A stretch of 32,000 nucleotides of DNA from Pyrodictium abyssi (GTDB lineage: Archaea; Thermoproteota; Thermoprotei_A; Sulfolobales; Pyrodictiaceae). The stretch is from contig NZ_AP028907.1 in NCBI RefSeq assembly GCF_036323395.1, forward strand, positions 629,588 to 661,587. Direction: 5' to 3'. This document shows, piece by piece, positions 9,437-16,231 of this stretch; the first letter of the stretch is position 1; every line of letters begins with the position of its first letter. The position numbers and the translations under genes were made by a program. The notes under the pieces were generated by a model. The model was given only the letters and a program-made list of their open reading frames with translations. It was not told the origin of the DNA and ran no database searches.

Positions 9437-9745
9437 CTATAGCCGGAGCCTCCGCTTCAGAGCCTCCAGCGCCTCCCCGTGCTCCCGGCTCCACCCACCC
9501 TTCCTCTCCTTCTCGCCCAGCTTCTCGGCTATCCTGTCCCGCTCGAGGGCCGGCAGCGCCCCGGTTAGCGCCCGCCACGCCTGGAGCGCCTTACCCGCAG
9601 CACTCCTCGTAAAGCCCCGGCCGAGGAACCTCAGCGCCAGCAAAGCCTCCAACAGCGCCTCCAGGACACGGGCAGAAGCATAGCCCACTAGGCTCCTCTC
9701 CGGCTTGGGAAGAGGACGCTCCAAGAACTCCACGCCTACAGCCAT
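9437..9745 (-). CDS. PaREP1-family (HEPN-like) small protein, 102 aa
   Basis: Internal ATG at 9745 of the artefactual 355-aa ORF. The motif FTRSAAGKALQAWRALTGAL matches the PaREP1 core (N-A-A-G-K-A-F-Q-A-W-K-A). A TATA-like box lies about 37 nt upstream. Confidence 0.55.
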   Translation of the reverse strand: MAVGVEFLERPLPKPERSLVGYASARVLEALLEALLALRFLGRGFTRSAAGKALQAWRALTGALPALERDRIAEKLGEKERKGGWSREHGEALEALKRRLRL

Positions 9746-9776
9746 CCCGCACCCCTGGTATAGGCGGCGCCACAAC

Positions 9777-9786
9777 GCTATATACC
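9777..9786 (-). promoter_or_regulatory. TATA-like box for the PaREP1-like/pgi transcription unit
   Basis: The + strand gctatatacc reads GGTATATAGC on the - strand, 32-41 nt upstream of the ATG at 9745. Confidence 0.4.
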
Positions 9787-9910
9787 GTAGCCCCGGCCCC
9801 GCTGCACGCGCCAAGGCACCGGGAGTGAGACGGCACCGGACTGTGGAGGTACAGCAGAAGGGGGCACACCGTGGACCGTCAGAGGCCAGAGATAGGGGAG
9901 GGCTCTGCGG

Positions 9911-9987
9911 TGGTGGGCCCGGGGGGATTCGAACCCCCGACCTCCCGGTTATCAGCCGGGCGCTCCGCCGGGCTGAGCTACGGGCCC
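9911..9987 (-). tRNA. tRNA-Ile(GAU): tRNA-Ile, anticodon GAU, CCA encoded
   Basis: Manual fold of the reverse complement: acceptor GGGCCCG/CGGGCCC, D stem GCTC/GAGC, anticodon stem CCCGG/CCGGG with loop CT-GAT-AA, variable AGGTC, T arm GGGGG-TTCGAAT-CCCCC, discriminator A, CCA. Total 77 nt. Confidence 0.93.
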
Positions 9988-10016
9988 GCCCCGAGAGGCA
10001 AGGGACAATGCCCCGG

Positions 10017-10028
10017 GGATATTTCAGC
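10017..10028 (-). promoter_or_regulatory. TATA-like box for tRNA-Ile
   Basis: The + strand ggatatttcagc reads GCTGAAATATCC on the - strand, centred about 35 nt upstream of the tRNA 5' end. Confidence 0.35.
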
Positions 10029-10177
10029 ACTACGCCCAGGACCCAGAGGTCAGCCACAGCTCCAACACCGCCCAAAGGGGGACCCGCAGGAGCCGCAGGC
10101 ATGGTGGGCCGCGGGTGGAGGAGGAGAGGCCAAAAGAGCCAGAGTAGAGGGGCGGGGGCGCGCCCTCGCCCTCCCGA

Positions 10178-11275
10178 GCTCGTCCACTCTACGCTGAAGC
10201 CCACCACTACCAGCACAGTGTCGAGGAGCACGCCCTCCCCGGCCTCGTAGTACGCGGTCACACCGTAGTAGGCCGCTGTAGCGTTCTCGAAGCGCCACGC
10301 CTCCTCATCCACGGTTATAGTGTCCTCTGGCTGCAGCCAGCCACTAGGCTTGTCAAAGCCCACCCGGGCAACCTCCTGCCCAAGCACCAGGACATCGTAG
10401 CCGGCCACTATGGCCTCGTTGACGTACAATGTAGCCGAAGGTGGATGGAATATGTAGGCCAGCGTTATGTTAAAGAGCCAGTTGCCGTCCTCGTCCATGA
10501 ACACTAGTGTTACAGTGACGTTAGTCGCGCGGGTTATCCCGTCGCTTATCGTATTCCGCTATAATCCAGGACTGGGTATGGTTCAGAAAGCTATCATACA
10601 CATAGATGTCAGCAGGCCTATCGTCGTAGCCTACTACTAGAGATAGTTATTGTCACCGGTGTGAGCGTTGGACAGCTTTACCGTAATGCCGAATCATACC
10701 ACCACTCGACAAGCCTGTCAGAGACGTTCTTGTACACGTACTCTTGTCCGTTACTCTCGTTGCGTATAACAAGGTATATCTTTGCAACCTTGTTTACGAG
10801 TTCTTGCACTATACTGTAAGCTGTATAACCTAGCTCTGGCAGGCCCTGCGACTCCACACTACTTCTTATCGCATTCTCAATCCCTTCAATCTTAGTTTCA
10901 TTGCGGATTTGGTATACAGGCTGATTATTAGGGAACTCCCCAGACTTTTTCACTCGTGTATGTGCCTTTGCCCTCGAATTCTGCTGCTTCTCTTATTATT
11001 AGTATCAGGTAGCGGAAGTACTGTTTTAGCTCTTCGGCGTTCTCTAGCTTCACCTTAAACCACGGGTTCACAGAGACCATACCCTGGGCGTCGGAGGCAG
11101 CGCCTATGGCTAGCGGTTTCACGACCTCAAAGTGCACCGGCTCTTCCCGGGCACCCGCTAGGCCAAGGGCATAGAAGACACCAGGTGTGCCCGTGAGCAC
11201 TGCTGCAAAGCCTGCTAGCAGGGCGAGGGCGGCAGCCGAGGCCATAACGCCAGCAACGGGCGGGAGCATGACCAA
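10178..11275 (-). pseudogene. Decayed paralogue of the secreted Can-like family, closest to the 389-aa member
   Basis: Homology to 24913-26082 runs through at least four frames. These are 11275-10928 (signal peptide to ...YFRYLILIIREA), 10953-10678 (...VEWWYDS), about 10650-10550 (...YDSFLNHTQSWIIAEY) and 10560-10178 (...ISDGITRATNVTVTLVFMDEDGNW...YYEAGEGVLLD...VEWTS). The family's terminal TS-TAG reads TS-TCG here, so the frame runs on through the tRNA. Confidence 0.8.
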
Positions 11276-11367
11276 TACGCGCCACAGCCCCGAGGCTCGG
11301 TGGAGCGGGCAGAAACCGAGCGCAGATGTTCTGCACCAAGTGACGCATTAAATGGGCGAGGAGATGT

Positions 11368-11378
11368 GGGAAAAACCG
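11368..11378 (-). terminator. Oligo-T terminator candidate for the 174-aa gene
   Basis: A5 at 11371-11375 on the + strand gives T5 on the coding strand, 49 nt past the stop at 11424. Confidence 0.4.
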
Positions 11379-11423
11379 TGTTAGCGGGGTTATGGGGCTC
11401 TCATATGGGCCTGGCTATGGGTG

Positions 11424-11948
11424 TTAGCTGACGCTTAGCACCTGGAAGTTGAGGATCACTGGTAGGCTGTCGAACAGCATACCCTCCTTGGCCTCGTAGT
11501 AGGCTTCAACCTTTAGCTGTATCTTGTTAGTGCTACTGTAGTCGTCGTTGTCTAGTATTATGACTGCGCTGGGCTTCTTGAGGCTTAGCACAGCCTTGGT
11601 CTCCTCAACAGTACTAGAGGCATTGCTTGTGAGTACTAGCTGTAGGTACTTGAAGTATGGCCTTAGCTGGGCAGCATTGGCTAGAGTCACCTTTAGCTTT
11701 ACTACGTTCACGTCAGTATAGTTTATTATTTTTACGTAGCCCATATCCTTGTAGCCCTGTGCGCCAGCAGCAGGAGCTATGGTGTTGTCTAGGTGGCTCT
11801 CTACGTCTATTGGCTCTTGCACTGCTTGTGCTGTGCCGGTGGCGTAGAAGCTGTTGAGCGGGCTCTGGGTGGTGGCGAAGCCAGCTAGCAGGGCGAGGGC
11901 GGCAGCCGAGGCGATGATACCCGCTATAGCTAGGGTTGTGTACCTCAT
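11424..11948 (-). CDS. Secreted filament-subunit candidate, Can-like family (174 aa; cannula CanA/B/C-like by architecture)
   Basis: Signal-peptide-like MRYTTLAIAGIIASAAALALLAGFATT, then SPLNSFYATGTA, APAAGAQG, LANAAQLRPYFKYLQL, and a C-terminal YYEAKEGMLFDSLPVILNFQVLSVS-stop. Sequons NYT and NAS are present. The start at ATG 11948 is chosen by alignment with the paralogue; the ORF is also open to ATG 11960. Confidence 0.8.
   Translation of the reverse strand: MRYTTLAIAGIIASAAALALLAGFATTQSPLNSFYATGTAQAVQEPIDVESHLDNTIAPAAGAQGYKDMGYVKIINYTDVNVVKLKVTLANAAQLRPYFKYLQLVLTSNASSTVEETKAVLSLKKPSAVIILDNDDYSSTNKIQLKVEAYYEAKEGMLFDSLPVILNFQVLSVS
11830..11948. repeat. Copy 1 of a 119-bp near-identical segment covering the 5' end of Can-like genes
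   Basis: 116/119 identical to 22053-22171. Differences are g/a at position 6, a/t at position 53, and ATG versus GTG at the start codon. Confidence 0.95.
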
Positions 11949-12012
11949 GGCTCGAGGCACCTTCCCGTCTATGTTTTTGTTCTGTCAAGTGTTATGTAGA
12001 AGTTGTTTCTGG

Positions 12013-12022
12013 CTTATAATAT
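12013..12022 (-). promoter_or_regulatory. TATA-like box upstream of the 174-aa Can-like gene
   Basis: The + strand cttataatat reads ATATTATAAG on the - strand, 65-74 nt upstream of ATG 11948. A similar element sits 55-64 nt upstream of the paralogue at 22171. Confidence 0.3.
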
Positions 12023-12104
12023 CTGTGGTCTTCGGGTATAGCCCTATAGTTCACAGTTGTTGAAGAACAGGGTGCACGGGTTGTTGCCGCGGTTTTGAGC
12101 GGCG

Positions 12105-13301
12105 TTAGGGCCTGCAGTAGCCTGGGTCTGTGGAGTAGTCTAGTATCACCTTGAAGCGATAGGGTAGGCTCGTTGTACACGTGTCTATCCTTATCTCCGC
12201 TGTGAGCGGGACTGCGGGGTAGCTGTGGCCGCCGAGCTGTATTGCGACGCAGTCTCCCTCGTCTATTGTTATCTCGGCCTCGGGGTCGGAGGGCGTCAGC
12301 TCGCCCACCATGTTGTGGTTCGCGTCGTATAGTCTTACCTGGATGCCGCATACAGCGTGGTGGGGCTGTACGCCCTCTAGCTCTATCTCGAGGTCTATGG
12401 GCGTGTCTCTGCCGTCTAGGCAGCCGCAGTCCCGGTCGAGGATCACGTACAGCGTGTAGTTGGCTGCTACTATGCACCCGGATGGGCCGCAGCTTGTCTC
12501 CGAGCAGTCTGGGTAGATGCGCACATGCACATGTGTCCTGCCGTAGAGTATCCAGGCCTCGGGGCACTGCTGGGTGCTCGTGGTCGTCGTGCTTGTTGTG
12601 GTGCTCGTCTTTGTGGCCGTGCTGGTCGTAGTGGTGTTTACCGGCGGTGCTGTGACGGTTACCGTCGTGGTTACTGTCACCGTGGCTGTGCCGTTGGGCT
12701 GTGTCGTGGTTGTCGTGTAGGTGTACGTGTAGGTCTGGTTGTAGCTGGCTGGGCCTAGGTAGATTGTTCCCGTCTCCTGGTCGGCGACCGTCACTAGGAG
12801 TGGCACTGCTACTGTGGCGCTAGTGTTGCAGTCCCGTGGCTCGTAGTAGATCCTCGCCGCGAGGACCGCGTAGCGTGTTGTGCCGTTCTCTGCCCAGCTG
12901 CCTGCGTCGAGGACTATTGCTGCCGAGGGGTCCTGGAGCGACATGGTTGCGAGCAGCTCGTTGTTCACCGTGTTGAATACCTCGATGTGGAGCGCCCGGA
13001 GCCTGCCTGCCAGCATGTCCAGGTTGGCTATGGATAGTACTAGTCTCGCAACGTCGACTCCCGCTGCAGGCTCTATCCGGAGCCACTCGCCTACTTCTAG
13101 GCTCTGGGGGCCACATGCCCCGGGGGCTATCTGGAGGATAGGGGTCTCCAGTACCGATACCTTTACCGGCTTGTAGGGGGCGCTCACCTCGCCGGTGGCG
13201 TAGAACCCTGTGAGAGGGCTAACCGTGGTAGCGAAGACTGCCGCTAGGGCCAGGGCTAGCGTAGAGGCCAGTAGAGCTGCGAGGCCGAGACGGCGGTCCA
13301 T
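12105..13301 (-). CDS. Can-like family protein fused to a Thr-rich linker and a Cys-rich C-terminal domain (398 aa)
   Basis: MDRRLGLAALLASTLALALAAVFATTVSPLTGFYATGEV aligns with the family leader. SIANLDMLAGRLRALHIEV, SLQDPSAAIVLD and ARIYYEPRD align with family motifs. A Thr-rich linker (12570-12740) and a 10-Cys domain (12108-12564) follow. The start at ATG 13301 is chosen by alignment; the ORF is open to 13394. Confidence 0.75.
   Translation of the reverse strand: MDRRLGLAALLASTLALALAAVFATTVSPLTGFYATGEVSAPYKPVKVSVLETPILQIAPGACGPQSLEVGEWLRIEPAAGVDVARLVLSIANLDMLAGRLRALHIEVFNTVNNELLATMSLQDPSAAIVLDAGSWAENGTTRYAVLAARIYYEPRDCNTSATVAVPLLVTVADQETGTIYLGPASYNQTYTYTYTTTTTQPNGTATVTVTTTVTVTAPPVNTTTTSTATKTSTTTSTTTTSTQQCPEAWILYGRTHVHVRIYPDCSETSCGPSGCIVAANYTLYVILDRDCGCLDGRDTPIDLEIELEGVQPHHAVCGIQVRLYDANHNMVGELTPSDPEAEITIDEGDCVAIQLGGHSYPAVPLTAEIRIDTCTTSLPYRFKVILDYSTDPGYCRP
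12570..12740 (-). repeat. Low-complexity Thr-rich linker coding region
   Basis: Encodes YNQTYTYTYTTTTTQPNGTATVTVTTTVTVTAPPVNTTTTSTATKTSTTTSTTTTST. The ACN-codon periodicity is visible as gtgg/gtcg repeats on the + strand. Confidence 0.9.
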
Positions 13302-13403
13302 GGACGTGAGCACCCTCGCGGAGCGCCTAGGGGCCACGGCCCCCTCTGGGGCAGGGTTTGCTCTACCCCGGGGGCCCCGTGCTGGGCTCCACACAGCCAG
13401 ATA

Positions 13404-13412
13404 CTTATATAG
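13404..13412. promoter_or_regulatory. TATA-like element in the divergent intergenic region
   Basis: cttatatag is near-palindromic and lies between the divergent Can-like fusion gene (start 13301) and the ATPase gene (ORF from 13531). It could serve either direction. Confidence 0.3.
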
Positions 13413-13530
13413 TCCTGGCCAGGGCCAATGTACCCTAGGACCGGTACTCTAGACACCGCCATGGAGCCAAGCATAGCCGTGGCTGTCCTAGCCCCGGCCT
13501 CCGGGGCTTCCTCGAGGCCCCTGCTGAGAG

Positions 13531-14688
13531 GTGCCTGGCATGCGGCTACCGCTACCGCTGCCCCGGCGTATCAAGATACGGCGCGAGCCCCGGCTAGCAG
13601 ACATCTGGATCATGCAGCGCTGGCCTATTGAGTCGCTCGACGCCTGCAAGATGGCGGACCCCCCGTTCGCCGACATAAACGGCGTGGGCGCTGTGCTGGA
13701 GAGGCTCGTGGACCAGGTCGTGGCGGGGCGGGGCGGCATATACATAATAGTCGGGGCCCCGGGCTCCGGCAAGTCCACGCTCCTCAAGACCCTGCATAAC
13801 CGGCTCCGCCGGGGCGGTATATACTCCCTCTACATGGATACCGCTGGGCGGAGCCTCGACGACTTCGTGGCTAGCCTCTGCTCTATCCTCGGCTGCCGCG
13901 AGGTCTCGCTCGACTCGCTCATGGAGAGGATACGCGAGAAAGCCGCGGAAGAGGGCACCATGGCCCTGCTCCTGGACGACATCGACCGCATATCCGGGGG
14001 CAACATGGACGATGTGGGCAAGCTGCTTACGGGCCTCACTGCTGTCCAGCGGGAGATCGGCCGCGGGCTCTTCATAGCCTTCAGCATGGCCCGTGAGAGC
14101 CTGGCAAGGCTCACCCTAGACCCCCTGATGAGGGGCCTCGTCAAGTCCTACATGGAGGTTATAGACCTTGACGAGCACCTCGTGAACTCCCCCACCGATC
14201 TCTCCAGGCTCCTCTACGCCCACTTCGAGCGGGCCCGGCCGCCCAACCCAGACCCCAAGGCCGCTGCTATACTCAACCGGTACCCGCTCCACCCTATCCG
14301 CGACCAGAACGTCATAAACATGCTCTACGAGATACTCGGCACAGATACGCCGCGCATGTACCTCGAGAAGGTGGACGAGCTGCTAAGGATAGCCATACGC
14401 GCCCGCTCACGCGTCGTGAGCATAGCACACCTAAACATACTAGCGAGGAGGCTCATCCAGGCCCGGCGCGAGGCTGTGCCCATTACCCAGATACAGGTCA
14501 TGCTGGTCCGCCGCTACGTGAACGGCCTGATAGCCGGCGGCCTCGTAGTGCTAGGCACAGTTGCCATAACCCTGGCGGCGATAAACCTAGTCCCGCCGGG
14601 CCTCAAGCTGCCCTACGTAGTGGTCGGCCTAGTGCTGATGCTCGCCGGTATACTGGTGCACATGAGGTCCATAGCTAGGCCGGGCTGA
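13531..14688 (+). CDS. Membrane-anchored P-loop NTPase (AAA_22/ORC-like ATPase domain plus two C-terminal TM helices)
   Basis: Walker A IIVGAPGSGKSTLLKTL and Walker B MALLLDDIDRI. The C-terminus has two hydrophobic helices, LIAGGLVVLGTVAITLAAINLV and PYVVVGLVLMLAGILVHM. The true start may be ATG 13612 or ATG 13651. Confidence 0.7.
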   Translation: MPGMRLPLPLPRRIKIRREPRLADIWIMQRWPIESLDACKMADPPFADINGVGAVLERLVDQVVAGRGGIYIIVGAPGSGKSTLLKTLHNRLRRGGIYSLYMDTAGRSLDDFVASLCSILGCREVSLDSLMERIREKAAEEGTMALLLDDIDRISGGNMDDVGKLLTGLTAVQREIGRGLFIAFSMARESLARLTLDPLMRGLVKSYMEVIDLDEHLVNSPTDLSRLLYAHFERARPPNPDPKAAAILNRYPLHPIRDQNVINMLYEILGTDTPRMYLEKVDELLRIAIRARSRVVSIAHLNILARRLIQARREAVPITQIQVMLVRRYVNGLIAGGLVVLGTVAITLAAINLVPPGLKLPYVVVGLVLMLAGILVHMRSIARPG

Positions 14689-14750
14689 GCAGCCGGGGCC
14701 CTATTTACGGGCCAGCCCATGCTAGATAGAACCGTGTCCGGGGGTCTGCT

Positions 14751-15332
14751 GTGAGCGAGTACCTCAACGTAGTGGTACCGGAGGAGAGGGGCGGTATACC
14801 CCCCGCCCTGGTGGCGCTGGTAGCGCTAGCAGCCATAGTGGCCGCTGGGCTCAGCGTCTCTGGGCAGCTGCCGCGCTTCGCCGTCATCCAGACGACGAGT
14901 ATGGTCCCTACACTGGTTCCGGGAGACGTGGTGATGATAACGAAGGTTGACCCGATGTCGATCGATGTCGGCGACGTGATAGCCTTCAACCTTGTAGCCT
15001 ACGAGGTGGACGAGCAGGGGCGGCCCATCGACATGAAGGGCATCAAGATAACAGTGCACCGCGTGATAGAGAGGAAGATGATCAACGGCCGGCTCTACTT
15101 CCGCACCCAGGGCGATAACAACCCCGTGCCAGACCCCTGGCTCGTACCCGCCTCGGGCGTGCTGGGCAAGGCGGAGAAGGTTGCTAGCCTAGGCACCTTT
15201 GGCCTGGTACTGACCAACCCCATAGGCAGGGTGTTCGTGATAATGATAATGCTGTCGTCACTAGTCCTGCTGGGCAGCACTATGTGGAGCTATAGTAAGG
15301 GTATACGCGAGGATCTTGAGAACTACCTCTAG
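14751..15332 (+). CDS. Type I signal peptidase, archaeal/ER (Sec11/SipW-like, Ser-His) type
   Basis: Catalytic-Ser box IQTTSMVPTLVPGDVVMI, His box TVHRVIER and FRTQGDNNPVPDP box. N- and C-terminal TM helices are present. GTG start. Confidence 0.85.
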   Translation: MSEYLNVVVPEERGGIPPALVALVALAAIVAAGLSVSGQLPRFAVIQTTSMVPTLVPGDVVMITKVDPMSIDVGDVIAFNLVAYEVDEQGRPIDMKGIKITVHRVIERKMINGRLYFRTQGDNNPVPDPWLVPASGVLGKAEKVASLGTFGLVLTNPIGRVFVIMIMLSSLVLLGSTMWSYSKGIREDLENYL

Positions 15333-15384
15333 GTCTAGGCGCATCTAGGGCCCATAGGGGCGGTAGAGGGGCAGAGGAGGACGG

Positions 15385-15400
15385 TGGGGAAAAGAGGGGA
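15385..15400 (-). terminator. Pyrimidine-rich tract with T4, terminator candidate for the 146-aa gene
   Basis: The - strand reads CCCCTCCCCTCTTTTCCCC, with T4 at 15390-15393, 62 nt past the stop at 15455. Confidence 0.3.
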
Positions 15401-15454
15401 GGGGCGGCAGCCGGGGCCAGGGGGTTCCCTGGAGGGGCCGGCAGGGGGCGGGGC

Positions 15455-15895
15455 CTAGCCTGTGCTGCTGTCTTGCGTGTCCTCTAGGAAGGGCTTGCAG
15501 AGTGTCAGGTTCTCGGCTATGGTCTGGTTTAGGCTGTAGAGGGTCTTGCAGAGGTTCTCTAGCTCTTCGCCGCTCATGGTTACCTTGACGCCGTTTATCT
15601 CTAGGACTACGTTGCCGTCGCCGCCGCGGTAGAGGTTTATGGCGATGTTGTTGGAGCGGTTTACCAGCTCCACTATATCCTGGTGTATTTCGCGGACTAG
15701 CGTCTCGTTGAGAGTGCCCCTGGAGAGGGCAGTGGCGACCTTGGTGAGGTCCTGGCCCACCTGGTTAACGACAGTTGTGGCGTACTCGGCTATAGCCGTT
15801 ACCATGGCCATCGCCACGACGAAGGTCAGCAGGCCCGACAGCATAGCCTCCTTTAGCACCCGGTTCACCGTCTCTAGATACCCACCGTAAGGCAT
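15455..15895 (-). CDS. Small N-terminally anchored protein with conserved Cys pair, paralogue 1 (146 aa)
   Basis: TM helix LSGLLTFVVAMAMVTAIAEYA. The C-terminal ...EELENLCKTLYSLNQTIAENLTLCKPFLED aligns with 16817-17197, sharing C-x16-C and an NLT sequon. Confidence 0.65.
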   Translation of the reverse strand: MPYGGYLETVNRVLKEAMLSGLLTFVVAMAMVTAIAEYATTVVNQVGQDLTKVATALSRGTLNETLVREIHQDIVELVNRSNNIAINLYRGGDGNVVLEINGVKVTMSGEELENLCKTLYSLNQTIAENLTLCKPFLEDTQDSSTG

Positions 15896-15935
15896 CTATA
15901 ATACTGTTGTTTCAAATGCACTATGTAATGGAGGC

Positions 15936-15943
15936 GATATATC
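15936..15943 (-). promoter_or_regulatory. TATA-like box for the 146-aa gene
   Basis: gatatatc lies 41-48 nt upstream of ATG 15895, within a short AT-rich patch (15896-15950). Confidence 0.35.
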
Positions 15944-16040
15944 CATGGCTGATACGGGCCGTGGAGCACGCTACCCATGTGCTGCGTGGAAGCGTTTTTC
16001 TACACGATAAGCCCCGGCGTACGGGATCCAGGGCGGCGGG

Positions 16041-16208
16041 GTGCCGGGGCGTACACCTCTACATAGGAGTGGGCAGCGTCGAGTAGACCAGCGGGTTGCA
16101 CTAACACTTATCGTTGTAGGAGGCTTGCTCACCCCGTTCACGCCGTTTATAGGGGTAATCGTGATAGCTGCAGGAGCTGTTCTCCTAGCGATGCACGGGG
16201 ACTACTAG
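16041..16208 (+). CDS. Candidate 55-aa small membrane protein, below the ORF-track cutoff
   Basis: A GTG 16041 in-frame ORF ending at TAG 16206-16208. It encodes ...RVALTLIVVGGLLTPFTPFIGVIVIAAGAVLLAMHGDY, which has two short hydrophobic segments. There is no other support. Confidence 0.2.
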   Translation: MPGRTPLHRSGQRRVDQRVALTLIVVGGLLTPFTPFIGVIVIAAGAVLLAMHGDY

Positions 16209-16231
16209 CCCCGGGGGGCGTAAACAGCCGT

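Noticed and set aside
9437-10504. The 355-aa minus-strand ORF taken as one gene
   Set aside because: It reads straight through a well-folded tRNA-Ile gene (9911-9987) and its promoter. Its N-terminal third is the C-terminal remnant of the Can-like pseudogene, whose stop has mutated from TAG to TCG. Its C-terminal 102 aa form a separate PaREP1-like gene with its own ATG and TATA box. The middle part is low-complexity Pro/Arg/Gly read-through.
11854-12063. The plus-strand ORF MSGLWVVAKPASRARAAAEAMIPAIARVVYL..., which also forms the first ~70 codons of ORF 22077-23162
   Set aside because: It appears twice only because it is the antisense translation of the duplicated signal-peptide-coding block of the Can-like genes. 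It has no independent signals.
9911-12100. A tRNA-flanked AT-richer segment considered as an integrated mobile element
   Set aside because: No integrase, transposase or direct repeat of the tRNA 3' end was found by eye anywhere in the window. The AT-rich genes belong to a family that is also present at 21.5 kb and 25 kb.
14820-14842. A 23-mer, gtagcgctagcagccatagtggc, in the signal peptidase TM helix is 22/23 identical to the reverse complement of 17361-17383, in the out-of-frame anchor of the giant protein
   Set aside because: Both encode LVALAAIVAA-type Ala/Val/Leu helices with the same preferred codons. The match is short and flanking homology is absent. It is most likely convergence from codon bias rather than recombination or a regulatory pairing.
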